Of a stretch of DNA of 64,000 nucleotides, positions 1 through 13,655 are shown piece after piece. A program made the translations under genes and the position numbers. The stretch lies in assembly GCF_009914755.1 (NCBI RefSeq), contig NC_060936.1, one strand, 5' to 3'. Source of the DNA: the human T2T-CHM13v2.0 reference genome, Homo sapiens. Position 1 is the stretch's first letter. Every line of letters starts with the position of its first letter. The notes beneath the pieces were generated by a model. It made no database searches. It was not told the origin of the DNA and was given only the letters and a program-made list of their open reading frames with translations.

Positions 1-1057
1 CAAACACTTATCCTGCACTGGGCGCTGCACCAGGCCCCGGAGTTCAAAGGTGGCCAAGATGCCACTTTTGAAAAAAATGTTTTTTGAATGTGTTTTTTGG
101 TTTTGTTTTGTTTTTGTGGTCATTTTCTTAAAAAACCTGGGTGTGGTCAAGAGCACAGCCCCCTGTTTTGACGCTGCATTAGTGGAGGGAATGAGTTTAA
201 CGAAGCGGGTGACTTCACCTGGGTCACCTGCCAGGATTCTATCTGGGGTCACAGTTACTTCAATAAAGTGAAGCAGGAACGAGGCAGAGGGGACATGGGC
301 CTTTGTGAGAATGAACGATGGAAACTCTTTGAACTCCTGGGATAGAAAGGCCAAGCTGTCACTAGAGCTGTTCGTGATGGGAGAGTGATTAAAGCTCGTT
401 GGAGTTTCCTGCCTTCTTCTGGCATCAGAACTTTATGCCTGCTCTGTGTTCGGAACCAGTGCAGCTCCGAGTCCTGAGCTTTGACGTGGGAATCAGATTT
501 CCCTGGGCCTGAGTCAGATTCTGGGCCCCACAGAAGTCAGTGGCTCCCATTTGGCTGAGGGGGTTCCCACCGGACCCTTTGCTGGGTAGAAAACACAGCA
601 GCCAAGAAAGATCTGTTGGTCCTTGAGTCAGCTGTTGAGAAATGGAGCCACAGGGGATGCTGGGGGGTTCTCCGAAGCTTGACACCCTGCCTTCAGATCC
701 TGGCATCATCATTTGGCAGGAACACGTGTGGCCTTTCACAAGCAACAGGATTTCTTTGAGCCTCAGCTGTCCCATCTGTAAGATGGACATGGTGTTGCCT
801 TCCCAACTGGCTTGCCCTGAGACTAAATTTGGAAATTGCCAACATTCCTCGAATGCTCCTTATGTGCCAGCTATTGTGGGGAGGGCCTCAGCTCAGCCCC
901 CTCCAAGGCCTGATAGTTTGAAGGCACTGAGGTAGAGGTTTTGTGTCTGTTCCTAGAATTAGGCAGTTTGGTTCCAGAATCAACATCCTTAACCATTAGA
1001 TGACACTGTCTGTGAAGAGAAAGAAAACTCATGAAAACACAATTCACAACACAATGA

Positions 1058-1083
<26 letters not shown>
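1058..1083. repeat. (GT)13 microsatellite
   Basis: Directly visible. Confidence 0.95.
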
Positions 1084-1089
<6 letters not shown>

Positions 1090-1829
1090 CCTTGTGGTTT
1101 GCTTATTGAACAAGCATTTCCTGAGCACCTACTTTGTGCAAAGCCATGGAAACATAAAGATGACTAAGGCACAGTTCCCAGCTGCAAGCGGGGAGCTTCC
1201 AGACATTTCTATCTTACCTCAGAGCTAGTGATAAGAATAGGTTCCCTCACTCTCACTTCCACCCAGCATGTGCCTTAGCTTACAATTGATAGATTTTTTT
1301 AATTCTGTGACCACAGAGCTCTTTGCCAGAAATGGGGGCGGGGGAAATCCATTACCCAGGAGCGGCCCCAGCTCCCCCTTCACAGCCCTCCTTTCTTGTG
1401 GGTAGCTGGCATTGCCACGTACAGAGTAACTTGGACGTGACGCTTCACCGTGAAGTCACACTCCTGGCCTGCTGGGAACAGTGGGGCAGCCCTGGAGGAG
1501 CCAACCCGATGAATAACGTTATTGGAGGTGTCCATATAAAGAGGACCTTGTGTAAATAAATGATGTGACCCTCCCACCCCCACTTTGGCAGGGCTGCGGA
1601 GCTGAGAAAGGGAAGCACAGGAAATGTGTTTATTTTGCCTTTGCTGAGCAGTCGTTCTGAGGGTACACAATGCAACATTAAACCCCAGGGGAGCCTCCTA
1701 GGTATGTTAACTCGCCATCTGCATGCTCCCTTTGCTGTGCAAAGAGCACAGAAATGGTTTCCAAGCCTTCTGTTTGGCTCCCACCCACCCTACCTTTTTT
1801 CTTTTTTCCTTTTGTCTACTTGGGAAATT

Positions 1830-2720
<891 letters not shown>

Positions 2721-2822
2721 AGTATAAGTGTGTCCCTATAGTGTGTGTCTCAGGACACCCGCCAGCAGTGGATGGGGACCCCGATTTCCCTGGGTCCTCC
2801 TCACTGCTTCGTGTTGACATAT

Positions 2823-3262
2823 TGTGATAGTTAATTTTTTGTGACAATGTGACTGGATTAAGGGATGCCCAGATAACTGGTAAAACATTATTTCTGGGTG
2901 TGTCTGTGAGGGTGTTTCTGGAAGAGATTAGTCTTTGAATCAGTAGACTGAGTAAAGAAGAGCTTCCTCTCCAGTGTGGCCGGGCATCCTTCCAATCACT
3001 TGAGGCCTTGGATCAAACAAAAAGGTGGAGGAAGGGCCAATTCTCTCTTTTCTTGAGCTGGGACGTCGGAGCTCCTGGTTCTCCGGCCCTCGTATCCAGA
3101 CTGAATCTCACCACCAGCTTTCCTGGTTCTCCAGCTTGCCAATGACATATCATGGGACTTCACAGCCTCCATAATCACACGAGTCAATTTCCATAATAAA
3201 CCTCCTCTTATATATGTCTTATATATCCTACTGATTCTGTTCCTCTGGAGCACCCTAACACA
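2823..3262 (+). mobile_element. MLT2 (ERVL) solo LTR
   Basis: TGTGATAGTTAATTTT...AAGGGATGCCCAGATAACTGGTAAAACATTATTTCTGGGTGTGTCTGTGAGGGTG; AATAAA 3195-3200; ends in CA; 5-bp TSD-like catat/cagat. Confidence 0.9.
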
Positions 3263-3574
3263 CAGATGTTTTGTATTTCTTCCCAACTAAGTGGCCTCTC
3301 CATTGAAAAAAATAAGAAAATTTAAAACAAGGAGCTTGCTCAGAAGTGGCATGACCTGCCCATGAAAAGGAATGCTTTGTAAATCCCAGAGTTCAACATC
3401 ATCTTTCCTCAGGGCTCCTGGAGATTCTGGACTCAGGAGCACTTTTCTTTTCTTTTCCTGGGACCATGCACAGTGGCATGGCATGTCAGCCTTTGCCAAG
3501 TAAAGGGCGACTTCCTATGGCATTTTTGACCAAGTCTTGACTTTCTTACCTGGGTCATTTAAGAATATTTGGGC

Positions 3575-4230
3575 CTCTTCTCCCATCTGCTGTCAGCACC
3601 TGGTCCAAGCCTCATTACTCATCTCTTGCCTGGATGGGTGCCCTGTGTCCTTACTGGTCTCCTGGCGTCAATGTCCCCTAGTTGAATGCATCAGCATGTT
3701 TATTTCATGCAGTCACATATCAAGCCATTTATTCATCCATCATTGACTGGAGCCCTGTTCAGTGCACCCCTGTAACTGTTGCTATGGCCTCTCATTACCT
3801 GCAGAACCCAACCCAAATGCCTTAGCCTGGCCATCAAGGCATTTCATCATCCCAACCTCAACCCATTTCTCCAGCATCATCTCCATCTTCTCCACCTCCT
3901 CACCCACATGACTCCAAGCACTTGATGACAATGTTCTTGCTCCCTCTGCCAATGTTCCCTGTCTCTACTTGTGAAACACTTTCCTGTCACCTAGAAGTCA
4001 CTTGGTAAGCTCAGTTCTTACCCAGGGAGCTTTCCTCGGGCTCCAGTGCAGGACTATCTTTTTCCTTGTCTGCTTCCGTAGAGTTATCTACCTATCATCA
4101 CCTGTCTCTTCAGCTACAGTGCGCGCTCTGTAATTCCAAAGTTCTCACCCATCTCTGTAGTCTCAGGGCTAAGGGCTGTGTCTGGTATACAGAAGGCATT
4201 CAATTAAAGCATATTGGTGAATGTCTCCTG
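3575..4230 (+). mobile_element. L2 fragments
   Basis: cctggtccaagcc...atctcttgcctgga and L2 3'-end-like tgtctggtatacagaaggcattcaat. Confidence 0.6.
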
Positions 4231-4654
4231 ACCTTCCTTCCTGCACTTACCAGCTCGGCATAGGCAGTGCTACCACTCAACTGTCTGTTATCTGTTAGAA
4301 AGTTTTTCTGCTGAGCAAATTACTGGAGACATGATTGAAGGTTTGTTTAATCTTGAGAAGATAAATTAGTATTTCAAGAGTTTAACATAGCATGTGCAAA
4401 TGAATATTCTTTATTATTAATCAGGAAGTCTTATCTGTTTACTAAAGCAAGCACTGTTTACTTGGAAACTCTTTTGAATTTACTCTTTATACTTAAAAGT
4501 AATTCAATTGAATGTGATTGAATATTGTCTTTAATTCTGACGTAGCTAGTTAAAAACCAAGCTTTTCCTAATCAATATGAATTAGGGAAGACTCTTCACT
4601 GGCTATCTGGCCAGTCTCTAAGAAGGCACAATAAATGACTCGGCTGCATTTTCT

Positions 4655-4832
4655 CAGCTCACTGCTTCCAAAATGACTAGTTGCATTAGAATCCCCTGGA
4701 ATGCTGGTTAAAATACAAAATCTCAGGCCTCACCCTAGATCTAATGAATCAAATCTTTGGGTGGGGCCTGGAAAGCTGTATTTTTGTAGATGTTCCCCAC
4801 ATGATTCTAACATATACTGAGATTGAGAACTG
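4655..4832. mobile_element. MER5-type hAT-Charlie MITE
   Basis: gcattagaatcccctgg...gggtggggcctgg...tgattct...ttgagaac layout. Confidence 0.7.
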
Positions 4833-4843
4833 TACATACAGAT

Positions 4844-5147
4844 CTGTGCTTTCCAGTATGGTAGCTCACGTGTGGTGACTGAGCTCTAGAAATTTTGCCA
4901 GCCTGAATTGAGATGTGCCATAAGTATAAAATACAGATTTCAAAGAGTACAAAGAAAGTAAAATATCTCTTTCATTAATATTTGTTAAATATTAATTACA
5001 TGTTAAAATGATATTTTGGATATATTGAGTGAAATAAATGATTAGAATTTATTCCACCTGCCTCTTTTTGCTTTCGAAGGTGGCTGCTAGAACATTTTAG
5101 ATTGTAAGTGTGGCCTGCATGATATCTCCCTCTATGGGACAGCACTG
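4844..5147 (-). mobile_element. MER33 hAT-Charlie DNA transposon
   Basis: Reverse complement follows the MER33 consensus (CAGTGCTGTCC...TATATCCAAAATATCATTT...CACATCTCAATTCAGG); terminal inverted repeats present. Confidence 0.85.
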
Positions 5148-5750
5148 GTCTCAATTGTAGGGTCACTGAGGACATGGTGCTTCCCTCCTGGTGGCTTTCG
5201 GATAGTTGGTGTTCATTGAATGTCTTTTGAGTGGACAAATGAGTGAATGAGGTTGACGCATAACACGTGGTTTCCACTTACCTACTATGGGACCTAGACA
5301 GGCTGTTTCACTTCTCTTATATCTGTAATATAAGCAGAGTAACTGGAGCCCTTTTGTTCACCTGCAGTTGGATCTCAGTGATTTGGGGAAGGATCTTGGG
5401 CCTCCACTTGCAGTGACTATAGTCACTATAGCTTCATCAGCAGGGGCGGGAAATGATGCTGCCTCCAGCTTGAGAGTGATGAGGCCAGCACCTCCTGGGA
5501 GCCCTCGATAATTTTATCTTCTTTTGCAATCCTTCCCCAAATCTCTTGGTTCCACTCAAAACTAGGAACAGTCCTGCCCACTGTGGCAAGCTGTGGTGCC
5601 CATCTCTCTTACAGCTGTCCCCACAGGACTACTATAATTATTCACTTTTATCCCATTGCCTGTAATGCATGACTCAACTCTAGAAATACCAGATTAAACA
5701 TTTTCTTTTACATTTAAAACACTGGCTGTATTCAAATACTACCCATCTGG

Positions 5751-6015
5751 TTTTTTTTAAATCAGATTAGAAGTAAATGTCTTATTCTTCCAACTAAATT
5801 CCAGTACTACAAGGATAGCAAAACAATGAAACAGTAATACACTGGGGGTGTCGGGAATGCAGCAATAAACATTTATTAAAAATACTGATAGAATAAAATT
5901 TTTAAACTACCAAAAATAAAAAAGAAAATCATATGAACCCATTCTGAAATCCCCAAAGTCCTGGAATACAGAAGTGCCTGCCTCCTTCATTATTCCACAG
6001 GAGTCACTGTAGGCT
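5751..6015 (-). pseudogene. Probable 3'-UTR-only retrocopy fragment (parent gene not identified)
   Basis: Minus strand reads like an mRNA 3' end: ...gaatttagttggaagAATAAGacatttacttctaatctgattt followed by A8; not a repeat I recognise. Confidence 0.45.
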
Positions 6016-6044
6016 TAAATGGCTCTGAAAATTACATATTTACT

Positions 6045-6282
6045 ATGTTGGTCAAAAGAGCGGTCTTCAAAATCCAATCATCTAGGCTCATATCCCATCC
6101 CTACATCTTACTAGTTATGTGACTTTGGACAAATGAACTGAGCACCTCAGTTTCCTCATCTGTAAAATGGGGATAATACTAGTAATTAGCTCCTGTGTAA
6201 GATGGGAGGGTTATAGGTGACTAATGTATGTAAAGCAATTAGCGTGGTACCTGGCACCTGGTAATACATTCATATTGCTATT
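6045..6282 (+). mobile_element. MIR
   Basis: Core cctcagtttcctcatctgtaaaatggggataata plus 3' tail. Confidence 0.85.
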
Positions 6283-6439
6283 GATTGCTGTTTCAAAAAC
6301 TTTTTCTTTTTGGCACCTACTCTATGCCAGGTATTATTGGATATCACCCAGTATCCCAGAGAAGGGAAGCTTTTTGGGAGAATGGCATAATGAAAGGATT
6401 AAGATGTAAACCGACATAGATTCAAAAAAGGAAAAGTTG

Positions 6440-6643
6440 GGCTGGGCGCGGTGGCTCACCCCTATAATCCCAGCACTTTGGGAGGCTGACGCAGGTGGAT
6501 CACGAGGTCAGGAGATCAAGATCATCCTGACCAACATAGTGAAACCCTGTCTCTACTAAAATACAAAAATTAGCCAGGCATGGTGGTGCACACCTGTAGT
6601 CCCAGCTACTTGGGAGGCTGAGGTAGGGGAATTGCTTGAACCC
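6440..6643 (+). mobile_element. AluSc-like, lacking its 3' end
   Basis: Intact 5' end and gatcacgaggtcaggagatc diagnostic; stops at ttgaaccc with no 3' end or A tail. Confidence 0.9.
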
Positions 6644-7258
6644 CATAGGAGCTGGACAGGCAAAATATAGCAACAACAATAATAACACCAGATGCCTGCC
6701 ATAGTCCAGTCCCATGACACACACAGTCTCATCTCCTCTTTATAACCCCTCCATCTGACACAGATGAGGCTCAGAGGGGTTGAGTAACCGGGCCAAAGTT
6801 AACTAACCTGCTGCTAAGTGGCCAAACTGAATCCAAACCCATGTCTTTCTGCCCAGAATGTGTCCCCTCTTTCTACTGACTCAGTTCTCTCCATTAAAGA
6901 GATGGGATCAATCCCTTTGATGTATCTGAAAATCTGTTTCATAATAAGACATCTCTTATACTCAATGTTATTGGGGACAGGCAAAAATAAATCATTGAGG
7001 TTGAAATGAGAAGGTCCCTGCTTTCTGTGAGCCCCAGACTGACCGTAGGTGCATGAAGTGAACCCGGCGGGCACACTGCGTGGGGTGGGCTAATAACCTC
7101 CAGTACGAGAGGCCCAGATCTGAGAAGATGGGGCGGGCTGCCTGGGAGTACAGAGCTCCCTGTCACTGCAGGAGTCAAGCAGAGGCTAAAGACACAGTTG
7201 TTCAGGAATGTTCGGCATTGAGCAGACTAGCAGGATCCCTCCAGGTGAGACTTTAGGA

Positions 7259-7793
7259 TGCTCTATGACATTTTCAAAGACCATTGGAGCAAAAGTATCT
7301 CTACCCCGGGTAACTCATAGTGTTTAATTCACCCTGCCATCTTACCAAGCCATGGGAAGTAGGGGGAAGCCTGGACTTGGGCTGCCCCAGGCCGGTCTGT
7401 GTGTTCAATTCAGGTGGGACTGAGCAGGGAAGGTGCAGCCTGATATGCACTTGGGTGCTGGACATGGCAGGGGGCACAGTGACTCTGGCTGTGTTCCCCT
7501 CCTGCCAGTATTGGGCTCCCAATATTGCTTCAAGTGGAGTTCACCTTGGTTTGGGGTCAGGGAGGGACTGAGAGGCATTCATTTCTGGCAGGCAGCCAGG
7601 CTGGCCTCACAGGTTCATGTGAGCTGCACCAAGCACTGCCAAGATCACCTTGGGTTCTAGAAGCCCATCTTTTATTCATTCGAGAAGCAGGCCGAGAGAC
7701 TCTGCTCTATGACATTTTCAAAGACTGTTGGAGAAAATGTCTCTACCCCAGGTAACTCATGATAGTGTTTAATTCACCCTACCATCTTACCAA
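7259..7793 (+). repeat. Dispersed ~90-bp direct repeat (7259-7348 and 7703-7793)
   Basis: Both copies read tgctctatgacattttcaaagac...ctctacccc(g/a)ggtaactcat...agtgtttaattcaccct(g/a)ccatcttaccaa. Confidence 0.95.
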
Positions 7794-7851
7794 ATCCTCC
7801 ATTGCCCATTTCAAAGAAATCCCTATACCAGCACATGCTGGGTGCTTGATA

Positions 7852-8055
7852 AATAATAATAATAATAGCTAACAATTACTGAGTACTACTGCATGCCAGA
7901 CACTTCTAAGTCATGCTCTGTGCTATTTCATTCACTTCTCTCAACAATTCTGTGAGACTGCACAGCAGCTCTAATTTGTAGATATGGAAACTGAGGCATA
8001 GGGAGGTTAAATCATTTGCACAAGGTTCACAGCAAGCAAGTCTGGGAACCTGGGT
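7852..8055 (-). mobile_element. MIR
   Basis: gaaactgaggcatagggaggttaaatcatttgcacaaggttcacag. Confidence 0.8.
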
Positions 8056-8194
8056 GGTCCTGAACCCATTCTGTGATGTCAACTGATGGGACATGGGAGG
8101 ACTGCACCCAGCTGATTCCTCACGGTGGTCCTGAACCCATTCTGTGATGTTGACTGATGGGACATGGGAGGACTGCACCCAGCTGATTCCTCAC
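8053..8194 (+). repeat. 71-bp tandem duplication (2 copies)
   Basis: 8053-8123 and 8124-8194 are identical except gtCAac versus gtTGac. Confidence 0.97.
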
Positions 8195-9039
8195 AGTCCC
8201 TCAGGAAGCTGCAGGGAGAGGAGAGACAGCCCTTTGTCCCAGTGGTTGAGCGACTCCCCCGCACTGGGGCAAATCATCTCTCCCTCCCCATTCTCTCAGC
8301 TCCTTCCCAGATTCCACCCTGCCCCCAGCAGTCTCTTCAAGCACGTTGTGAACATTAAGTTATCCCCTGCTATTCATCTGAGCTGATGTTGGCTCAGACA
8401 GTACCAATTCGACGTTTCTCCAAGGGCGGACAGCGGGTCGGCGAGAGTCGATAATGGGTTCCAGCAGATTGGACGCCGTTCAGATCTAACTCGAGCCTGG
8501 CGCCCTTTGCAGACTTGGAGTCCAAGTCCTCCTCATGCCTTAGCAGCAAGTTCCAAAGCAGCCTGGAGGGGACGGCAGGCGTGTGGTCACCACTGACCTC
8601 CTGGCCCCACAGCCCCACACCCACACTCTCTAGGACTAATCACACGCAATGCTGGCTTCTCGCATTCCCCAGTGACTTTCCCTGTCATCTTGCCTGCTGC
8701 GTGCCTGCTGGCTCATGGGAACTCACCGGGGCGGAGACTTTGTCTGCTTCCTGCTGCATCCCCTGCACCTAGCACAGTGCCTGGGCCATAGTGGGTGCAC
8801 CCTAGAGTATGTGCTAGGTGAATGCATTCATAATTCCTGTTCTTAGCATGAGGCAGCTGACACCTCGGGCCTCTCGGACCCCAGACTTGTTCCCGCAGCT
8901 GCCTCCTGGCCATCTTTATTTGGCGTTGCAAATTTGACAGGTCTGAAACAGCTCAGATATCCCACCTCAACAAATGCAACCTGGTCTTTTCAGGGTAAAA
9001 TCCTCAGAGGCCTCTGTGACATCCTCCTTTTCCATGCCA

Positions 9040-9490
9040 CACGTTTAGCCCACGCAGGTCCTCTCAGCTCTACTTTCAAAGGAGATCAATAATTCAACCA
9101 CTTCCCCCCACCCCGGCTGCCGTCTTTCTTCTCCAGTCTCACCTGGATGAACCCATCCTCCACCTCCTCTCCCACCTGAGAACATTCTACTGCCGCAGCC
9201 AGAGCTGGTCTACAGCGTAAGTCGGATCATGTTCCTCCCACACTCACACCTCCAAGGGCTCCCAGCTCAGAGTGAAAGCTCAGAGCCTCCTTGTGGCCTG
9301 TGAGGCCTGGCACTGCCCACTCCATTCCAGGCTCACTGTGTGGTTCCTCGCATGTACCAGGCACAAGCTAAGCACACACCAGGCACATGCCTTTGCCTTG
9401 CTGTCAACGCTGCCTGTAACACCCTTCCTCCAGGTTTCCCCATTAGTTCCCTCACTTCCTTCAGGCCTCTGCTCAAAAAATCACTTATCA
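9040..9490 (+). mobile_element. L2 fragment
   Basis: tctcacctggatga...gtcggatcatgttcctcc...tcacttccttcaggcctctgctcaaa. Confidence 0.7.
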
Positions 9491-11249
9491 TCGACGCCTG
9501 GTTTTGAGGATGGATGAGTTTGCATGTGAGGGGCATTTAGAACAGTGCCTAGTTCAATAGCTGGTAGTTACGACCGGGTTCTTGTAACGGCTCCTTAGGG
9601 CCTGGTTCGTAGCTGATTCTCCTTTTGTTGAATGGGATATGTGTCCAGGGCCTGGTCCAATGCCTGGCACCAAGTGGGAAGTCAAACGTTCGTCGAACGG
9701 AAGGTGTAGAGACGAGCCTGGGAAGCAATGCACACACTGCTTAGTTCAGGCCATGGGAACTGGACAGTGTGAGAGAAAGGTGACAGCCCGTCACTTCGAT
9801 ATATTCTGGAAGCAAACTCCTTCCACCCCTACCTCCCCCCACTGTCTGTGTCACTTCCCTGGGGCCTAACCCTTGCCTTCTGGCTCCGTGCTCAGGGAGA
9901 CCCAGGAAGGCCAGGGCTGTGGTCTCCTGGAAGGAACTGGGCTCCAGACCTGGCTTAATTGGGGCGGGGGAGGCTGCAGGTGAGGGAGGAAGGGGAAGCT
10001 GCGGGAGCCGGGCAGCAGCCCCTGCAGAGGTGAGACCTTGTGTTGGGCTCTCCCCGCCTCACCTGTGTTGCTCAGGTTCTGCCCAGGCATTCTGGGAACT
10101 GCTGCTGGTTAGAGGAGGGGGTGGGACCCAGCTGCCTTGACCGTCACTGCTTGTGGCCTTTCTCTGCCTCTCAGCTGGAGGCTTTAGCCAGAAGAGTCTG
10201 AGAATGAAGGCCATGGCCCAAGTCTTTTGTTCTCTTTCCAGGGCATAAAAACCTTGTCAATCTGCTGTTTAGAGTAGTTCAAAAAATACAAACAGCTGTT
10301 GTCCCTAACCAAAATCATGCTGCTGATAGCCCCAGAACCCTGGCCTTTGGAGGCCTCAGAACCCCGGCCTTTGGAGGGCTCAGATGCCTGGCTCATTTGT
10401 TCTTGGTGGCTTGGCCCCGAGGTGTGGAGGAAAGCGGAAGGTTGTTGTCACATCCCGCATCATCCGGCCACCTTGGCCCCTCAGTACTCCTCCTGGGGCA
10501 CTGAGAGGAGCGCACCCAGCTTCAATCTCAGGGGACTTGACAAAGGGTATTTAGTGGCATAGGTTTCTACCTGTTTATGTTCCGTGTGCCTTAGTGTGTT
10601 GAGAAACAAAAAGCATGGACATTTTTTATGAATAATATTATAATATGAAACTCTCCTTCCCCTCAGAGAGGATGGGCCAGCTGTTTGGCAGAGAAGCCTC
10701 TCTGCTGATTAATAACAGCACCTTCACACTTTCTTTAGGCAAAATGTGGAGAAGTGCTTGCTGCCTACGGAGCCTGCTTTTGGGAAGATCTTGGTGTGGG
10801 TCACCTGGTGTATACAGTGTTACTGTTTGCTAAGTGGAAGCGTCATGGCCTGGAGGGTTTGGAGCCAGGGAGACCCAGGCTTCGGCTCCAAATTCATCAC
10901 TGATTCCCTGTGTTGCCTTCACCTCTCAGAGCCTCCGTTTTATTATCTCTAGAATGGGAATGATAGTAACCACTTTGCAGGGTTTCTATGAGGACCAGGG
11001 GTCGCAGGTATGTAAAGGGCTCAGCACATCCCAGGCGCCTGGTAAATGGGAGCTGTTATTCATTGACCTGGGCAACAGCTATTTTTTGGAGCACCAACTG
11101 TGCCTTAGATGGGAAATAAAATAAAAATCTCTGCCCTTGTGGTGCTCACACTCTAGATGGGGAGCCGGGTAATAAACAGATAAGCAAGCGAAATATTAAT
11201 ATATAGCAAGTCCGGAAGGTAAGGGCTGCAGGTTAAATAACGTGGGCAG

Positions 11250-12120
<871 letters not shown>

Positions 12121-12919
12121 TCACTGAGTAGATGGCATTTGAGAAGCGACCCCCTGGCAGTGAGGGAGATGACCCTACCTACACCAGGAGACATTCACTT
12201 TCTATCCCTGGAGAGGCAGCCCCCAGCCTTGAATGACTTTGGGGGCAAGGTCTCTTTTCACTGTTTTTGTCTCATTGGAAGTGGGCTTTCTGACACGAGG
12301 CTCTCAACACCACCTGCCTGGCCTCTCCCCTTCATTCCTGAGCCTTATTGATCAACCAAATTGCCCTCCACAAACTCAGCTATCTTCTGTCAGACTAATG
12401 TTATATTTTAATGTCCCAGGGGGAAAAAATGAGTCTATGCCACTGTAGAGCTGCCACATTTTAATATGGAGAACTTGGGGCAAAATGTAGCTGAAAGGGG
12501 AGAGGAGAGAAGGGGTCGGGAGGAGGATGGGATCACAGCGAGGCTCTGAATTGAGGTCCATTTCCACCCTTTGGCGGCATAGACTGGAAAGAAAATACGG
12601 GACAGTCGTCCTCCCACCTCCTGCCAAGGCCACCTCCTTCTCATCATCCGAGTCTCAGTGCAACTGTCACCTCCTCAGAGAAGTCCTCCCAGACCAGCCC
12701 ACTGCAGCACCTTCCCAGACCCTGCTACCACCTGAAATGATGGAAGTGTTTTAGGTTGGTGGTTCATTTTCTCCGTTAGAATGAAAGTGCCAAGAAGGCA
12801 GGAAACTTGTTTTCCAAGAATCTAGAAAAGTAGTTGGCACAAAGTAACTGCTCAGTGCTCATTTGCTAAATGGGTGGGTGAAACCCCTTCCTACAGAGTC
12901 GGGGCAGGGGTCCCCCAGC

Positions 12920-13129
12920 CAGCGTTTTTCAAAGTGTAGTTCATGTCCCACGAATGGGCTGTGATATCACTTTAGTGACTCATAGTTACTGGCATTTAAA
13001 AAGTGAAATAGAAAAAATAAAAAATAGCGCACACTACACATGGTAAGGATAACTGTTGTTTTAAGAAATATATATGGAATGATATACTTTATTTCTCATG
13101 TAGTAGTCAAAAAATTTGAAACTCAGCAG
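12920..13129. mobile_element. hAT-Charlie MITE (MER112-like; subfamily uncertain)
   Basis: cagcgtttttcaaagtg...gtcaaaaaatttgaaactc termini. Confidence 0.55.
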
Positions 13130-13339
13130 TGAATGCTAAGTTTTCTCAGCCTAGATGACTTCAAAAGGAACATTCTTCCCCTGGAGACTGTAAACCTAGT
13201 CGCATAAAGTTTACATTCTGGGGCCCCAAAGCAGAACCTGAAGAAAAGATTCCTTTGTTTTCTATTAGCTGAAAAAAATGAATAACTTTCCACTGTAGGG
13301 GACCCAGTCTCCTAAATCTCCACTGACATACATGGGATC

Positions 13340-13655
13340 ATTTACACACTCACATACAAGTGCACACACACACAGATACATGTATCATATATACCCACTG
13401 ACAACGAGGACACATAGACACATACATACATGCAGGCAGATACATCCATACATTCAAACACACACAGGTGCAAGCACACAGCAGTGCACTCACAGATGTG
13501 TGCATATACAAACACACATGTGCACATAGACACATGCAGGCATGCACACAGATACAAACACATATAGACTCATGCTCACAAGCATGCATGTGCATACAGA
13601 CACAGTTTTATTCAACACATGCACATACACACAACACACATGTCCATACACAATC
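13340..13655. repeat. Degenerate (CA/TA)n low-complexity tract
   Basis: ~300 bp of cacacacatacatgcacata-type alternation. Confidence 0.9.

Noticed and set aside
5412-5427. Perfect 16-bp palindrome agtgactatagtcact
   Set aside because: About one such palindrome is expected by chance in 64 kb (4^-8 per position).
7259-8194. Repeat-spacer-repeat pattern as a CRISPR-like array
   Set aside because: Only two copies of each unit, wrong lengths, no cas genes, eukaryotic intron.
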